A stretch of 64,000 nucleotides of DNA, taken from NCBI GenBank assembly GCA_963762565.1, contig CAVXLD010000003.1, forward strand, positions 512,001 to 576,000. Direction: 5' to 3'. The stretch is from an uncultured Verrucomicrobiae bacterium (GTDB taxonomy: Bacteria > Verrucomicrobiota > Verrucomicrobiia > Chthoniobacterales > JAFAMB01). Both the position numbers and the translations under genes were made by a program. The notes beneath the pieces are model-generated. The model worked only from the letters and a program-made list of their open reading frames with translations. It made no database searches and had not been told where the DNA came from. Below, piece by piece: positions 19,807 through 28,939 of the stretch; the first letter of the stretch is position 1; each line of letters begins with the position of its first letter.

Positions 19807-20826
19807 ATGGACTTTACCGTTATCCAAGCCTTCCTCGGTATACTGGCTGGGATCATAGCGTACTTGTTGATCTACTGTCTCTTGGGCGGCGTTTACACAG
19901 TGAACCAAAACGAGCGCGCCGTGGTGACGAATTTTGGCCGGGCGGAACGGCTTGGCCAGCGGACAACGCTCGACCTGCCGATCGCTCAGAGTTTGAGCCC
20001 TGAACATCGGGAAAGGTATGTTTATCCCCAGGTTCGGGTGGTTGGTCCCGGCGGGCCCTACCTGCGGATGCCGTGGCAACGGGTCTATAAGGCGTCGACT
20101 GCGATCCAAACCATCAATATCGCTTTTGATCCGGATACGCCCGGCGCCAATGCAAACGGCACCATTTTAGAAGCGGTCACGAAGGATCAATTGAACATCG
20201 GTTTAACGGGACAGGTTCGCTATCGGATCAGCGAACAGAACATTTACGCGTACTTGTTCGGCGTTAAGCGGCCAATCAGTCATGTCCTTGGGTATTTCAT
20301 CTCGATTCTTCGGGAACGAATCGCGAATTACGAAGCCCCGGTGATCAAGGATCCCACGGTCGACGTCAACGAACCGACTAGCGAAACTCTGGCTAAAGTC
20401 GGTGTGTCCATCAACGATCTGCGCAAGAATTTGAATGATCTTAACGATCAAATGGATCAGCAATGTCAGTCGTCAGCGGCGCGATACGGCATGGTATTGG
20501 ACGCATCGTTAATCACGGGGATCGATCCGCCGCCGGAGATTGAATCGGCGTTAGCGGCTATCAATACCGCTCACAACGAAGTCTCGTCCAAGATTAGTGT
20601 GGCCCAGGCGTCCGCTGATCAAAAGATAGAACAGTCTAAGCGGGCAGTAGAGATTGAGACTAACCGGGCCCAAGCCGAGGTACAGCCGCTGCGTTGGATA
20701 GCCCAGCAGATTGCCGAACTGAAAAATAGCGGCGAACATGCCTTACCGGCTTACTTGCGTAACGTTCGCCTCGATCTGTTTTCTAAAGCCAACCGAGTGG
20801 TGCTAACCCGAAAGGAGGAGAGATGA
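19807..20826 (+). CDS. SPFH/band 7 domain membrane protein
   Basis: N-terminal TM, GVYTVNQNERAVVTNFG, AVTKDQL, IDPP, C-terminal coiled coil. Confidence 0.85.
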   Translation: MDFTVIQAFLGILAGIIAYLLIYCLLGGVYTVNQNERAVVTNFGRAERLGQRTTLDLPIAQSLSPEHRERYVYPQVRVVGPGGPYLRMPWQRVYKASTAIQTINIAFDPDTPGANANGTILEAVTKDQLNIGLTGQVRYRISEQNIYAYLFGVKRPISHVLGYFISILRERIANYEAPVIKDPTVDVNEPTSETLAKVGVSINDLRKNLNDLNDQMDQQCQSSAARYGMVLDASLITGIDPPPEIESALAAINTAHNEVSSKISVAQASADQKIEQSKRAVEIETNRAQAEVQPLRWIAQQIAELKNSGEHALPAYLRNVRLDLFSKANRVVLTRKEER

Positions 20827-21746
20827 CCTTTATTATCCTTTTTATTGTCACGTTTCTCCTCTCTATATTTACCGTTCCGCTTGCTCTAGGCGTGCTAAAG
20901 GGCATCAACTTTTACACCACCGTGAACGAGGGCCGGTGTAAGATGTACGTTTTGTTTGGCAAGGTATTAGGGGTCGTTGATCAACCGGGGTTGCATTTGC
21001 TTTGGCTAACCTTGGGGCCGCAGGCTGCGTTAGTGCGGTTTTTTGGGCGAGTGTATGAAATCGATCTTCGCCTCGATCAGGAGTATTTGCGAAGTAACCC
21101 GGTGAACTCCGAGGAAGGAACCCCGATGGGGGTTGGGGTTTGGTACGAAATGCGGATCAAGAATCCGGTTGATTTCTTATTTAAGAATGTTGATCCCCGA
21201 GGTTCGTTAAAAGCGAATGTGGCGAATGCTACCGTCCGTTCGCTTAGTAATATGCCTTTGGAAAAGCTGCTGGAGGACCGGCATGAAATGAGCCGCTTAG
21301 TTCGGCAGGAAGTATCACCTAAGTCGCAAGAATGGGGTTATGAGTTAGGTTCAATTTACGTCAGGAAAGTCCATTTCCGGGATGCGGAGATGATCCGGCA
21401 AATCGAGCAAAAAGTGGTTAACCGGTTGCGGCAGGTCACCTCGGCGATCCGGCAAGCAGGCAGTAACCAGGTGGATATCATTACCAGCGCGGCCGACCGC
21501 CAGGCTGCCACTGAGTTTGCCAAGGCGCGCTCGGTCCGGCCCCAGTTAGTAGGCGAAGCACTCCGCGAGATCGGTCAGGATCCGGATGTATTGAATGCCG
21601 TGTTCGAGACCTTAGAGGTTGACCGTATTACCAAGGGAGGAGCAGAGGTCACCCTGATCCCGGACGGTAAATACGAGACTTTGGTGGGCCTGCTCGCAGG
21701 TACAGGAGGGGATCTGCCGTCGCCAGCGCCGTTGAAAAACCGTTAA
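20823..21746 (+). CDS. SPFH/band 7 domain membrane protein (second of a pair)
   Basis: TM, YVLFGKV...PGLH, EIDLR, WGYELGSIYVR; ATGA overlap with the previous gene. Confidence 0.85.
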   Translation: MTFIILFIVTFLLSIFTVPLALGVLKGINFYTTVNEGRCKMYVLFGKVLGVVDQPGLHLLWLTLGPQAALVRFFGRVYEIDLRLDQEYLRSNPVNSEEGTPMGVGVWYEMRIKNPVDFLFKNVDPRGSLKANVANATVRSLSNMPLEKLLEDRHEMSRLVRQEVSPKSQEWGYELGSIYVRKVHFRDAEMIRQIEQKVVNRLRQVTSAIRQAGSNQVDIITSAADRQAATEFAKARSVRPQLVGEALREIGQDPDVLNAVFETLEVDRITKGGAEVTLIPDGKYETLVGLLAGTGGDLPSPAPLKNR

Positions 21747-21945
21747 AATAAAAATTATCCGCAGATTACGCAGATTTCGCTCAAGACTTAGTTCACGCTG
21801 CAGACCAATGGAAACCGTTGAGCTACGAAAAGAGTCTCTTGCTCTTTGGTGTAATAGGCCTTTGAAACGTAGTCTGCGTAATCTGCGGATAACCTCTAAT
21901 CTGCCGTCATCGTCGTCCATCTGCGGTTAAACCCTTATTTTTCGC

Positions 21946-22734
21946 GTGCATTCGAGTCCATTCGCGGTTGAGAAGCTATTTTCTGCGGGGGAGTTTCGGT
22001 TCTCGCTGGGGATTGGGGCAGTGGAACCGGCGGAGTTTTTTCGGAACGGGCAAGGGGATCAGTTGCTCGAGTTCAGACAGCGAGCACTGGACTCAAGCCT
22101 TAGCGATTATCTGCAGCCGGTCTGGGATGAAGCGGTTTGGTCAGTGCTGCAGGATTTTGTTAACGGATTGGAGCCGGGGGCGAATACCGAGACGATCGAG
22201 ACTTTGGGGCGAAGCTGGGAGCCTGATTTTGTGATCTTAGATCGCGCGGCGCCGCATCAGGTGTGGGGCGGGTGTGTCTGTTTTCCTTCCGGATGGAGTT
22301 TAAGGGAGAAAATCGGCAAGAGTTTGTTTCTGACTCATGCGCCGGTGCCGGGTCTGAATGAGGATTTAGGGGCAAATATTTCGAAGTTGTTATCGAGGAT
22401 TGATGTTGGCCAATTCTTTCAGCGGACGAACTGGGGACTGACTGGGGCGTCGGCGCTCGATCAACATCCGCGGCACAAGATCGCGGCGATCGGGGCTTCC
22501 GTAGATCCGCGGACAGTTCACTTACGGGTTGAGTGGCAAGTGCTAACCGCGATTTCGGCGGCCGCATTGTTGTTCGGTATCAGAGTGTTTCATGTGCCGA
22601 TCGAGGAGGTGAAAGCGGCTCCGGAGTTGGGTTCACGATTGGCGATGAACCTGGAGACGATGCCGGCTGCGGTAGCGCGATATAAGCGGCTTGATCAGTG
22701 CCGGGAAATGTTGGTGAAGTATTTGCAAGGTTGA
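21946..22734 (+). CDS. DUF3445 / heme-dependent oxidative N-demethylase alpha-subunit-like protein
   Basis: CVCFPSGWSLREKIG...HAPVPGL, RTNWG, LRVEWQ, LFGIR, YKRL. Confidence 0.8.
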   Translation: MHSSPFAVEKLFSAGEFRFSLGIGAVEPAEFFRNGQGDQLLEFRQRALDSSLSDYLQPVWDEAVWSVLQDFVNGLEPGANTETIETLGRSWEPDFVILDRAAPHQVWGGCVCFPSGWSLREKIGKSLFLTHAPVPGLNEDLGANISKLLSRIDVGQFFQRTNWGLTGASALDQHPRHKIAAIGASVDPRTVHLRVEWQVLTAISAAALLFGIRVFHVPIEEVKAAPELGSRLAMNLETMPAAVARYKRLDQCREMLVKYLQG

Positions 22735-23127
22735 GGGAGCGAGGGGTCGCCACCCGTGGAGCGTTGCCTCGCTTGCGAAGCCGTAGGGTTCGCCACCCCG
22801 GAGGGGAGCCGCTTTGGCACTTGGTTAGACGACGTAGCGAATTCAAGGTCGGGTGTCTTGTACCGCCAAGAAGGGCTTTAAACGGGCGGCTCCCGAGAAT
22901 GACCCAGCGCGATGTTCTTGGTCAACGCGTTCAAACTGGGTCAGTAGAAGTGCAGATCGCTCGGCCATTCTCGGGGGCCGCCTGCTATATCATTCTGGGG
23001 TCGTATCACGTAATTGACCTGGATTCGCGGGGGCGTGGCGGATAGCACCAAAGCGGCTCCCCTCCACGGGTGGCGACCCCTACGGCCTCGCAAGCGAGGC
23101 AGCGCTCACGGTTCCGACCGCATTGGA

Positions 23128-23370
23128 TCATTGCAGCTCCACCAGGAGAATATCGTTAGCGAGAGCGATCGCTTGCTCGACGGTTGGGCCATAGCGTTCC
23201 TTAAACGCGATCTCGTAGGTCACAGGATTGCCGAAGCAAGTTTGGCGTTTGTAAATCCTTAACGTCCAGCGGCGCGCGCATGAATCGAAAAGGAGAGAGA
23301 CGTCGGCGCTTTCAGCACGGATGAAAGATCCGTGTTCCTCGTGACTCCAAATAAAACCGCTTTGTTCCAA
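23128..23370 (-). CDS. Hypothetical small protein
   Basis: 80-aa ORF between repeats; TTG start. Confidence 0.3.
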   Translation of the reverse strand: MEQSGFIWSHEEHGSFIRAESADVSLLFDSCARRWTLRIYKRQTCFGNPVTYEIAFKERYGPTVEQAIALANDILLVELQ

Positions 23371-23454
23371 TCGCAGACCCGTTGACAGCAGGGATAATGC
23401 CAGGATCGCTGAGTGGATAGCAAACCAAAAGCGGACTCGCTTAGGCTCATCCGC

Positions 23455-23530
23455 ATGACAGATGACAAATTACAAATGACAGATATGGAGCGACCCCATC
23501 GCCCAATTTGTCATGTGTCATCTGTCATTT
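23455..23530. repeat. Heptamer (atgacaa/atgacag)n inverted pair; also at 24829-24956, 30954-31029, 33169-33189, 33881-33910 and 34155-34186
   Basis: Tandem 7-mers facing their reverse complement. Confidence 0.9.
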
Positions 23531-23574
23531 GGCGAATCGCGCCTGGGCATGATCCGTGCTCTTAGACCGGCGGT

Positions 23575-24846
23575 ATGGCGGAAATGATTCTCGCTGAGGG
23601 TCCGGCGATTGCCCGCGTCAATCGTTGGTGGCAGCTCGGATGGGGGTTGGTTTGTATGATGGCGATCTCGAGCTCGCAATATGTATGGACATTGTTCACG
23701 ACGCCTTTAACCGGGCATTTAAATGCGACGTTGGCAGAGGTCCAGGTGACCTTCTCGGTTCTGATCGTTTTACAGACTTTTTTATCGCCTTTTCAAGGTT
23801 ATCTGGTGGACGTTTTTGGCCCGCGCGTCCTTCTCTCAATTGGCGCAATGCTTACAGGTCTAAGCTGGGTGTTTGCGGCCGGCGCGAGAAGCACCTTCGA
23901 GCTTTACCTCACTTACGGACTCTTTGGTGGGATCGGCACCGGCATCATCTACGTGGGGGTGGTAGGGCTCATGGCTCGCTGGTTCCCGGATCGGCGAGGG
24001 TTGGCTTGTGGAATCGTTGCTGCCGGCTATGGCATGGGAGCAATCATTACGACTTATCCGATCGCTTCCGCGATTAGCGGTGTTGGCTACCAGCAAACGT
24101 TGATCAGGTTTGGCGTGATCTTCGGTGTGGTCGGACTGCTGGCAGCTCAGGGAATGAGACGGCCACCGGAAACGCAGTCACGGACGAGCGGGCCGCCATC
24201 GCTACCGGGTATGGGAGTTGGTCCAAGCACGATGCTGCTTTCACCTATTTTCTGGGTGATGTTTCTCATGATGACCATGATGTCGACTTCGGGGCTTATG
24301 GTGATCTCGCAGATGGCCGCTTTTGCGAAAGATTTTGGTGTGGCCAACGCGATGGTATTCGGAACCGCGGCTCTGCCGTTGGCGCTAACCATTGATCGGT
24401 TTACGAATGGCTTAACTCGCCCGTTTTTCGGCTGGCTTTCCGACCGCATCGGCCGGGAACAGACGATGGGCCTGGCCTTCGGTTCAGAAGGTGTGGCCAT
24501 GTTCGTTTGGTTATCGACTCGAGAAAATCCGTTGTTATTTGTGCTGTTATCAGGGGTCGTTTTTTTCGGTTGGGGCGAAATTTTTTCTTTATTCCCGTCG
24601 ACCTTAACCGACACCTTTGGCGAGCGGTACGCCACGACGAACTACGGTTTTCTTTATATGGCGCAAGGGGTAGGGTCGGTATTCGGGGGACCGCTAGCGG
24701 CGTGGCTCCATGAAGCAACCAAGAGCTGGATCGTGGTGTTCTCGGTCATGATCGTGCTGGACCTGGTTGCCGCGGCGACGGCGGTCGCGGTACTGCGGCC
24801 ATTGCGGCGGCTTCGAGGGCCGCCGCGAATGACAAATGACAAATGA
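23575..24846 (+). CDS. oxlT: Oxalate/formate MFS antiporter
   Basis: QYVWTLF, WFPDRRGLA.G..AAGYGMG, NGLTRPFFGWLSDRIGRE, GWGEIFSLFP, TNYGFLY.AQG. Confidence 0.85.
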   Translation: MAEMILAEGPAIARVNRWWQLGWGLVCMMAISSSQYVWTLFTTPLTGHLNATLAEVQVTFSVLIVLQTFLSPFQGYLVDVFGPRVLLSIGAMLTGLSWVFAAGARSTFELYLTYGLFGGIGTGIIYVGVVGLMARWFPDRRGLACGIVAAGYGMGAIITTYPIASAISGVGYQQTLIRFGVIFGVVGLLAAQGMRRPPETQSRTSGPPSLPGMGVGPSTMLLSPIFWVMFLMMTMMSTSGLMVISQMAAFAKDFGVANAMVFGTAALPLALTIDRFTNGLTRPFFGWLSDRIGREQTMGLAFGSEGVAMFVWLSTRENPLLFVLLSGVVFFGWGEIFSLFPSTLTDTFGERYATTNYGFLYMAQGVGSVFGGPLAAWLHEATKSWIVVFSVMIVLDLVAAATAVAVLRPLRRLRGPPRMTNDK

Positions 24847-24950
24847 CAGATGACAGATTGTCCCGGGCCTAACATAAAGGCGATCAAAGTCCCGGCCGCC
24901 CGTGAGCGACTTTCGGCTGTGTTCGGTCCAGATCGCTAATTTGTCATCTG

Positions 24951-25640
24951 TCATTTCTTCAGTATCGGCTCAAGGTACCGGAACAGGACTGTTTTCAGCT
25001 CCTGGATTCCTTCTTTTTGCTGTTTGGGGGTGCCAGTAACGGCGGAATGCAGGAACGCTTTGACCAGCTGAACAGAGGTGGCGGCGGCTCGGTTAATTTC
25101 GGCGCGATTGGCGGCGGGGCAGTGGGCTCGGAACAATGCGGCCAAGCTCTTTTCTACGTGCTGTTTTAAGCCGTCGATGCTGGCAGTCAATTCATCTGAG
25201 ATCACTGATCCAGTTAATAGAGCTTCGAGACCCGGCCCCTGGCGCTGAAGAGAAATAAAAGGGTCCACGAGATGCGCAATCAGTTCTGCAAGCGGCGCAT
25301 CGGCTGAAGCGATATCGAAAGCGGCGCGATGGGTTTCGGGTAAACGCTCGAGATAACGAGCCGCTAAGGCGTCAGCAATAGCCTGTTTATTGGGGAAGAA
25401 TTGATAGAGGGTCCCAGGAGATACGCCGGCCTGTGCACAGATAGCGTTGGTGGTAGCTCGTTCATATCCGACCTGAGCAAAGACCGTGTCAGCGGCATCG
25501 AGCAATTGATCGATCCGGCGTTGGCCCCGGGCTTGGCGCCGGGGAGGAGCCGGAAGCGTGTCGGCGTGTGGGCGTATCGGCGTATCGGCGTGTTTGCGTA
25601 TGGGCGGGTGGACGGATAGACGGGAGGTATTTTTATTCAC
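24951..25640 (-). CDS. TetR/AcrR family transcriptional regulator
   Basis: LLDAADTVFAQVGYERATTNAIC..AGVSPGTLYQFFPNK; start uncertain. Confidence 0.9.
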   Translation of the reverse strand: MNKNTSRLSVHPPIRKHADTPIRPHADTLPAPPRRQARGQRRIDQLLDAADTVFAQVGYERATTNAICAQAGVSPGTLYQFFPNKQAIADALAARYLERLPETHRAAFDIASADAPLAELIAHLVDPFISLQRQGPGLEALLTGSVISDELTASIDGLKQHVEKSLAALFRAHCPAANRAEINRAAATSVQLVKAFLHSAVTGTPKQQKEGIQELKTVLFRYLEPILKK

Positions 25641-25663
25641 GAATAAAAACTCGCATTTGCTTA

Positions 25664-25687
25664 ATATACGAATATATACTCGTATAT
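25664..25687. promoter_or_regulatory. Candidate TetR operator palindrome
   Basis: atatacga-N8-tcgtatat between the divergent tetR and SDR starts; a second palindrome ttttattcacgaataaaa at 25631-25648. Confidence 0.6.
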
Positions 25688-26785
25688 ATGACGGATGTGA
25701 ACCAAGACATCACAGCGGAGGCAGCGCCGGCATTGTCCGCGGCTAAGCCCGAGCAATCAGGCTGGAAGGCTGTTCCCGGGCAGACGGCGCTGGTAACCGG
25801 AGCTACCGGGCTACTAGGGAGTAACCTCGTTCGCGAGTTGGCAAAAAAGGGAGTCACGGTCAGAGCTTTGGTTAGATCCAAAGAGAAAGCGGAAAAGCAG
25901 TTCGGCTCCTTAGGTTTAGAAATTGTAGCGGGTGACATCAACGATCCGAAAACGTTTGTAGATCGCTTGCCAGGTGTCGACCTGGTTTTTCACACCGCAG
26001 CCTATTTTCGGGATAATTATAAAGGGGGCAAACATTGGGACCAACTCTATACCACTAATGTGGTGGGAACCGCGAACCTTCTCCAAGCCTGTTATCGGGC
26101 TGGGATTCGCCGGTTCGTGCAGATCAGTTCAACGGCGACGCTGCGCGGCCGGCCCGGAGAAGTGGCGGATGAGACGATGTTACGCCTGGAGAGTGAGGCC
26201 GATGACTATCAACGAAGCAAAATCCTTTCTGATCAGGAAGTGTTCAAGTTTTTGGGGTCGCATCCGGATTTTTGGACGGCGTTCGTATTACCTGGCTGGA
26301 TGCATGGCCCGGGTGACAGCGGGCCGACCGGTGCCGGCCAAACCGTGCTCGATTTTTTGAAAAGAAAATTGCCTGGTATTCCGCCCGGGTCCTTCTCGGT
26401 GGTGGATGTAAGAGACGTGGCCGACGTCGCCATCCGAGTCGCGGAAAGCGGAAAACGAGGTGACCGTTATCTGGCGGCCGGGAGAGCGGTAACCATGGAA
26501 AATCTGTTTAATGAGTTAGAGCGGGCCTCTGGGATCCGGGCGCCTCGTAATAAAGTACCAATGGCAGCCCTGTATCTGCTTGGAGCCATCGGCGAGCTTC
26601 GAGCTCGGATCACTCACCAACCTGCATTGATCAGTTGGGCAACAGTCCAGCTTCTGATTAAGGAAGCCGGTCGCCATCATTACGATCATCAAAAGAGCGA
26701 ACGCGAGTTAGGGATCCGGTTTAGAGAGGTACAGGAGACGTTGCGGGATGCGATAGGGTGGTTCAAGGCTAATGGGTATGCGTGA
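25688..26785 (+). CDS. NAD-dependent epimerase/dehydratase (extended SDR, dihydroflavonol reductase-like)
   Basis: VTGATGLLG, VFHTAAY, YQRSK, GWMHGPGD, VVDVRDVA. Confidence 0.9.
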   Translation: MTDVNQDITAEAAPALSAAKPEQSGWKAVPGQTALVTGATGLLGSNLVRELAKKGVTVRALVRSKEKAEKQFGSLGLEIVAGDINDPKTFVDRLPGVDLVFHTAAYFRDNYKGGKHWDQLYTTNVVGTANLLQACYRAGIRRFVQISSTATLRGRPGEVADETMLRLESEADDYQRSKILSDQEVFKFLGSHPDFWTAFVLPGWMHGPGDSGPTGAGQTVLDFLKRKLPGIPPGSFSVVDVRDVADVAIRVAESGKRGDRYLAAGRAVTMENLFNELERASGIRAPRNKVPMAALYLLGAIGELRARITHQPALISWATVQLLIKEAGRHHYDHQKSERELGIRFREVQETLRDAIGWFKANGYA

Positions 26786-27264
26786 GAGGGGGGAAGGGTG
26801 AGAAGTGATTGGTGATTGGTGGTAGGTGGTGGAGTGTCCCAGCGTTTCCGTTTCGTTCTCGTCCTTCCGACTTCGCCAGCGTCCCGGTTGTGGAGCGCGC
26901 CTCGCTTGCGAGGCCGTTCCAGCGTTGGCAACATAGACCATGGGCTTCTCGGACAGGCTGTCCTCGACTTGGGCGTGCACGTTCGACGTTCTAATCCCGG
27001 ACAAAAATACACCTTTGGGTCGTGGCACGTCCTTGCGGCGCGCGGGGATCCGACGTCGCCCCGCTGGGAGAAAAATCGATTGGTTGCCTCAGGCTATGTC
27101 GGACAGGCAGCGCGCCCTCCCCGATTTGCACCCTGCGACCACACCCCGCCTTGAAAATCATTTTTGCACGCTACATTGAGGGATGGCGAGGAACGTCCTA
27201 GATCCTAGATTCTAGCTTCCGCCTTCGCTACGCTATGGCGTGACAGGCCCTAGCTCCTCAAACT

Positions 27265-28218
27265 ATGCCTACGCAATTCAGGGACTATTACGAGACACTC
27301 GGCGTTAGCAAAACCGCCACGGCGGATGAGATCCGGTCTGCTTATCGAAAGCTGGCACGGAAATATCATCCAGATGTCGCAAAGGACAAAAAGGAAGGCG
27401 AAGAGAAAATTAAGGAGATCAATGAAGCGTACGAGGTTTTGAGTGATCCGGAGAAACGCACGAAATACGATCGTTTAGGGGCGGCTTGGCAAAGTGGCGA
27501 GTTTGCCGGAGCTCCCGGAGGTGCACCGGAAGGTTGGACCTTTCATCAGGGACCGTATGAGGAAGGCGCCGAGTTTCATTTCGGTGGTACCGGGTTCAGC
27601 GACTTTTTCGAACAATTCTTTGGTACCCGGCGATCGTACGCCGGGGCGCCGGACGTTGAGTTCGAAGCGGAGACAGCGCGGCGTCCGCGAAAGCGCGATG
27701 TTGAAGCGGACATGTTGGTCGGCCTTTCCGAGGCGCTACATGGTTCGACTCGGACGATCACTTTGCAGCGAGGGAATCAAACTGGGCAAGCGTCGAAGAC
27801 GGACACCTATAAGGTAAAAATCCCAGCTGGGATTCGGGAGGGCCAGCGAATCCGATTGGCCGGTCAGGGAGAAAATGGCGGCGATTTGTTCCTGCGGATT
27901 TCTTTCCAGAAACATCCCGATTTCCGGTGGCAAGACGCAGACCTTTACTATGATCTCGAACTGGCGCCATGGGAAGCCGTGTTGGGGTCCAGCGTGAATA
28001 TCCCAACACTGGATGGGCATGCGAAGCTGAAGGTTCCAGCCGGTACCGTCAACGGAGCGACTTTTCGGCTTGCCAACCTGGGTTTGACTGGCTCGGATGG
28101 AAAACGAGGGAACATTTATGCCGTGGTACGGATTGAGGTTCCAAAAACCGTTACAGCCGATGAACGCCGGTTATGGGAAGAACTGGCCAAAGGTTCTAAA
28201 TTTGACCCGCGAGCTTGA
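27265..28218 (+). CDS. cbpA: DnaJ-class chaperone CbpA
   Basis: J domain with HPD, G/F region, DnaJ C-terminal domain, no zinc finger; cbpM-like neighbour. Confidence 0.85.
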   Translation: MPTQFRDYYETLGVSKTATADEIRSAYRKLARKYHPDVAKDKKEGEEKIKEINEAYEVLSDPEKRTKYDRLGAAWQSGEFAGAPGGAPEGWTFHQGPYEEGAEFHFGGTGFSDFFEQFFGTRRSYAGAPDVEFEAETARRPRKRDVEADMLVGLSEALHGSTRTITLQRGNQTGQASKTDTYKVKIPAGIREGQRIRLAGQGENGGDLFLRISFQKHPDFRWQDADLYYDLELAPWEAVLGSSVNIPTLDGHAKLKVPAGTVNGATFRLANLGLTGSDGKRGNIYAVVRIEVPKTVTADERRLWEELAKGSKFDPRA

Positions 28219-28334
28219 GGAAGAAGAATTCAACCGCAGATTAACGCAGATGTACGCAGAAAATTTTGCGAACGGCGCCTTTTTAATAGACTTGGCCAGC
28301 ACTGATTACTGATTACTGATTACTGCGGTTTTTT

Positions 28335-28664
28335 ATGAGCGGTGAAAGCAGCCACGAGAGGACGGAGTACCTGCGATTGACGGTGATTAATCCGGACACC
28401 GGTAAATTGTACGATGTCCGGACTGCGGCGGAGTACACTGCGGTCGATCCGGACGGCATACGCGCCTATTTGCGGGAAGGATTGGTAAGAGCCATCAGTT
28501 ACAAGGACGACGGGGAACCGTTATTTGATGAGGATGGAATCTATTGGCTGCGCCGGATCCAAAGTTTACGAACGGAGATGCGATTGGAAGGTCCCGGGCT
28601 GCGAATCGTGCTGGATCTGATGCAGGAAGTCGAGCGATTGAGGCAGGAGCTGAGAAGGCTGTAG
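28335..28664 (+). CDS. cbpM: Chaperone modulator CbpM (MerR-like HTH)
   Basis: LRRIQSLRTEMRLEGPGLRIVLDLMQEVERLRQEL; downstream of cbpA. Confidence 0.8.
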   Translation: MSGESSHERTEYLRLTVINPDTGKLYDVRTAAEYTAVDPDGIRAYLREGLVRAISYKDDGEPLFDEDGIYWLRRIQSLRTEMRLEGPGLRIVLDLMQEVERLRQELRRL

Positions 28665-28670
28665 CGGGTT

Positions 28671-28935
28671 GGTAGGGCGAGGCTCCAATGAGGCCTCGAA
28701 ATGTCCGCAACGTTGCGAGCATTCTGAGGCAAGTGAATGTGATGGGCCTCTACGCGGCCGAGCCGGGACCCCTGATGTGCCATGTCCCCGGAGCGATTTA
28801 AGATCTGTCGCCAAGTGCCCGCAAACACGCGCAACCTCAACGGCTCGGCAGCGAGTCGGCGTTGACTTGGTGTCGGCGGCGGCAAGCTTTGATCTCTGCG
28901 AAAACGTATCGGTCTTTCAGGAGCCTCGCCCTACC
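28671..28935. repeat. REP-bounded element (ggtagggcgaggctcc ... ggagcctcgccctacc); partial inverted homolog at 44513-44608
   Basis: Terminal IRs; about 95 bp shared with the 44.5-kb copy. Confidence 0.8.
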
Positions 28936-28939
28936 AAAC

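Noticed and set aside
613..24846. solA, DUF3445 and oxlT as a single C1/methylamine pathway cluster
   Set aside because: The genes are up to 20 kb apart with unrelated genes between them and no shared regulatory signal.
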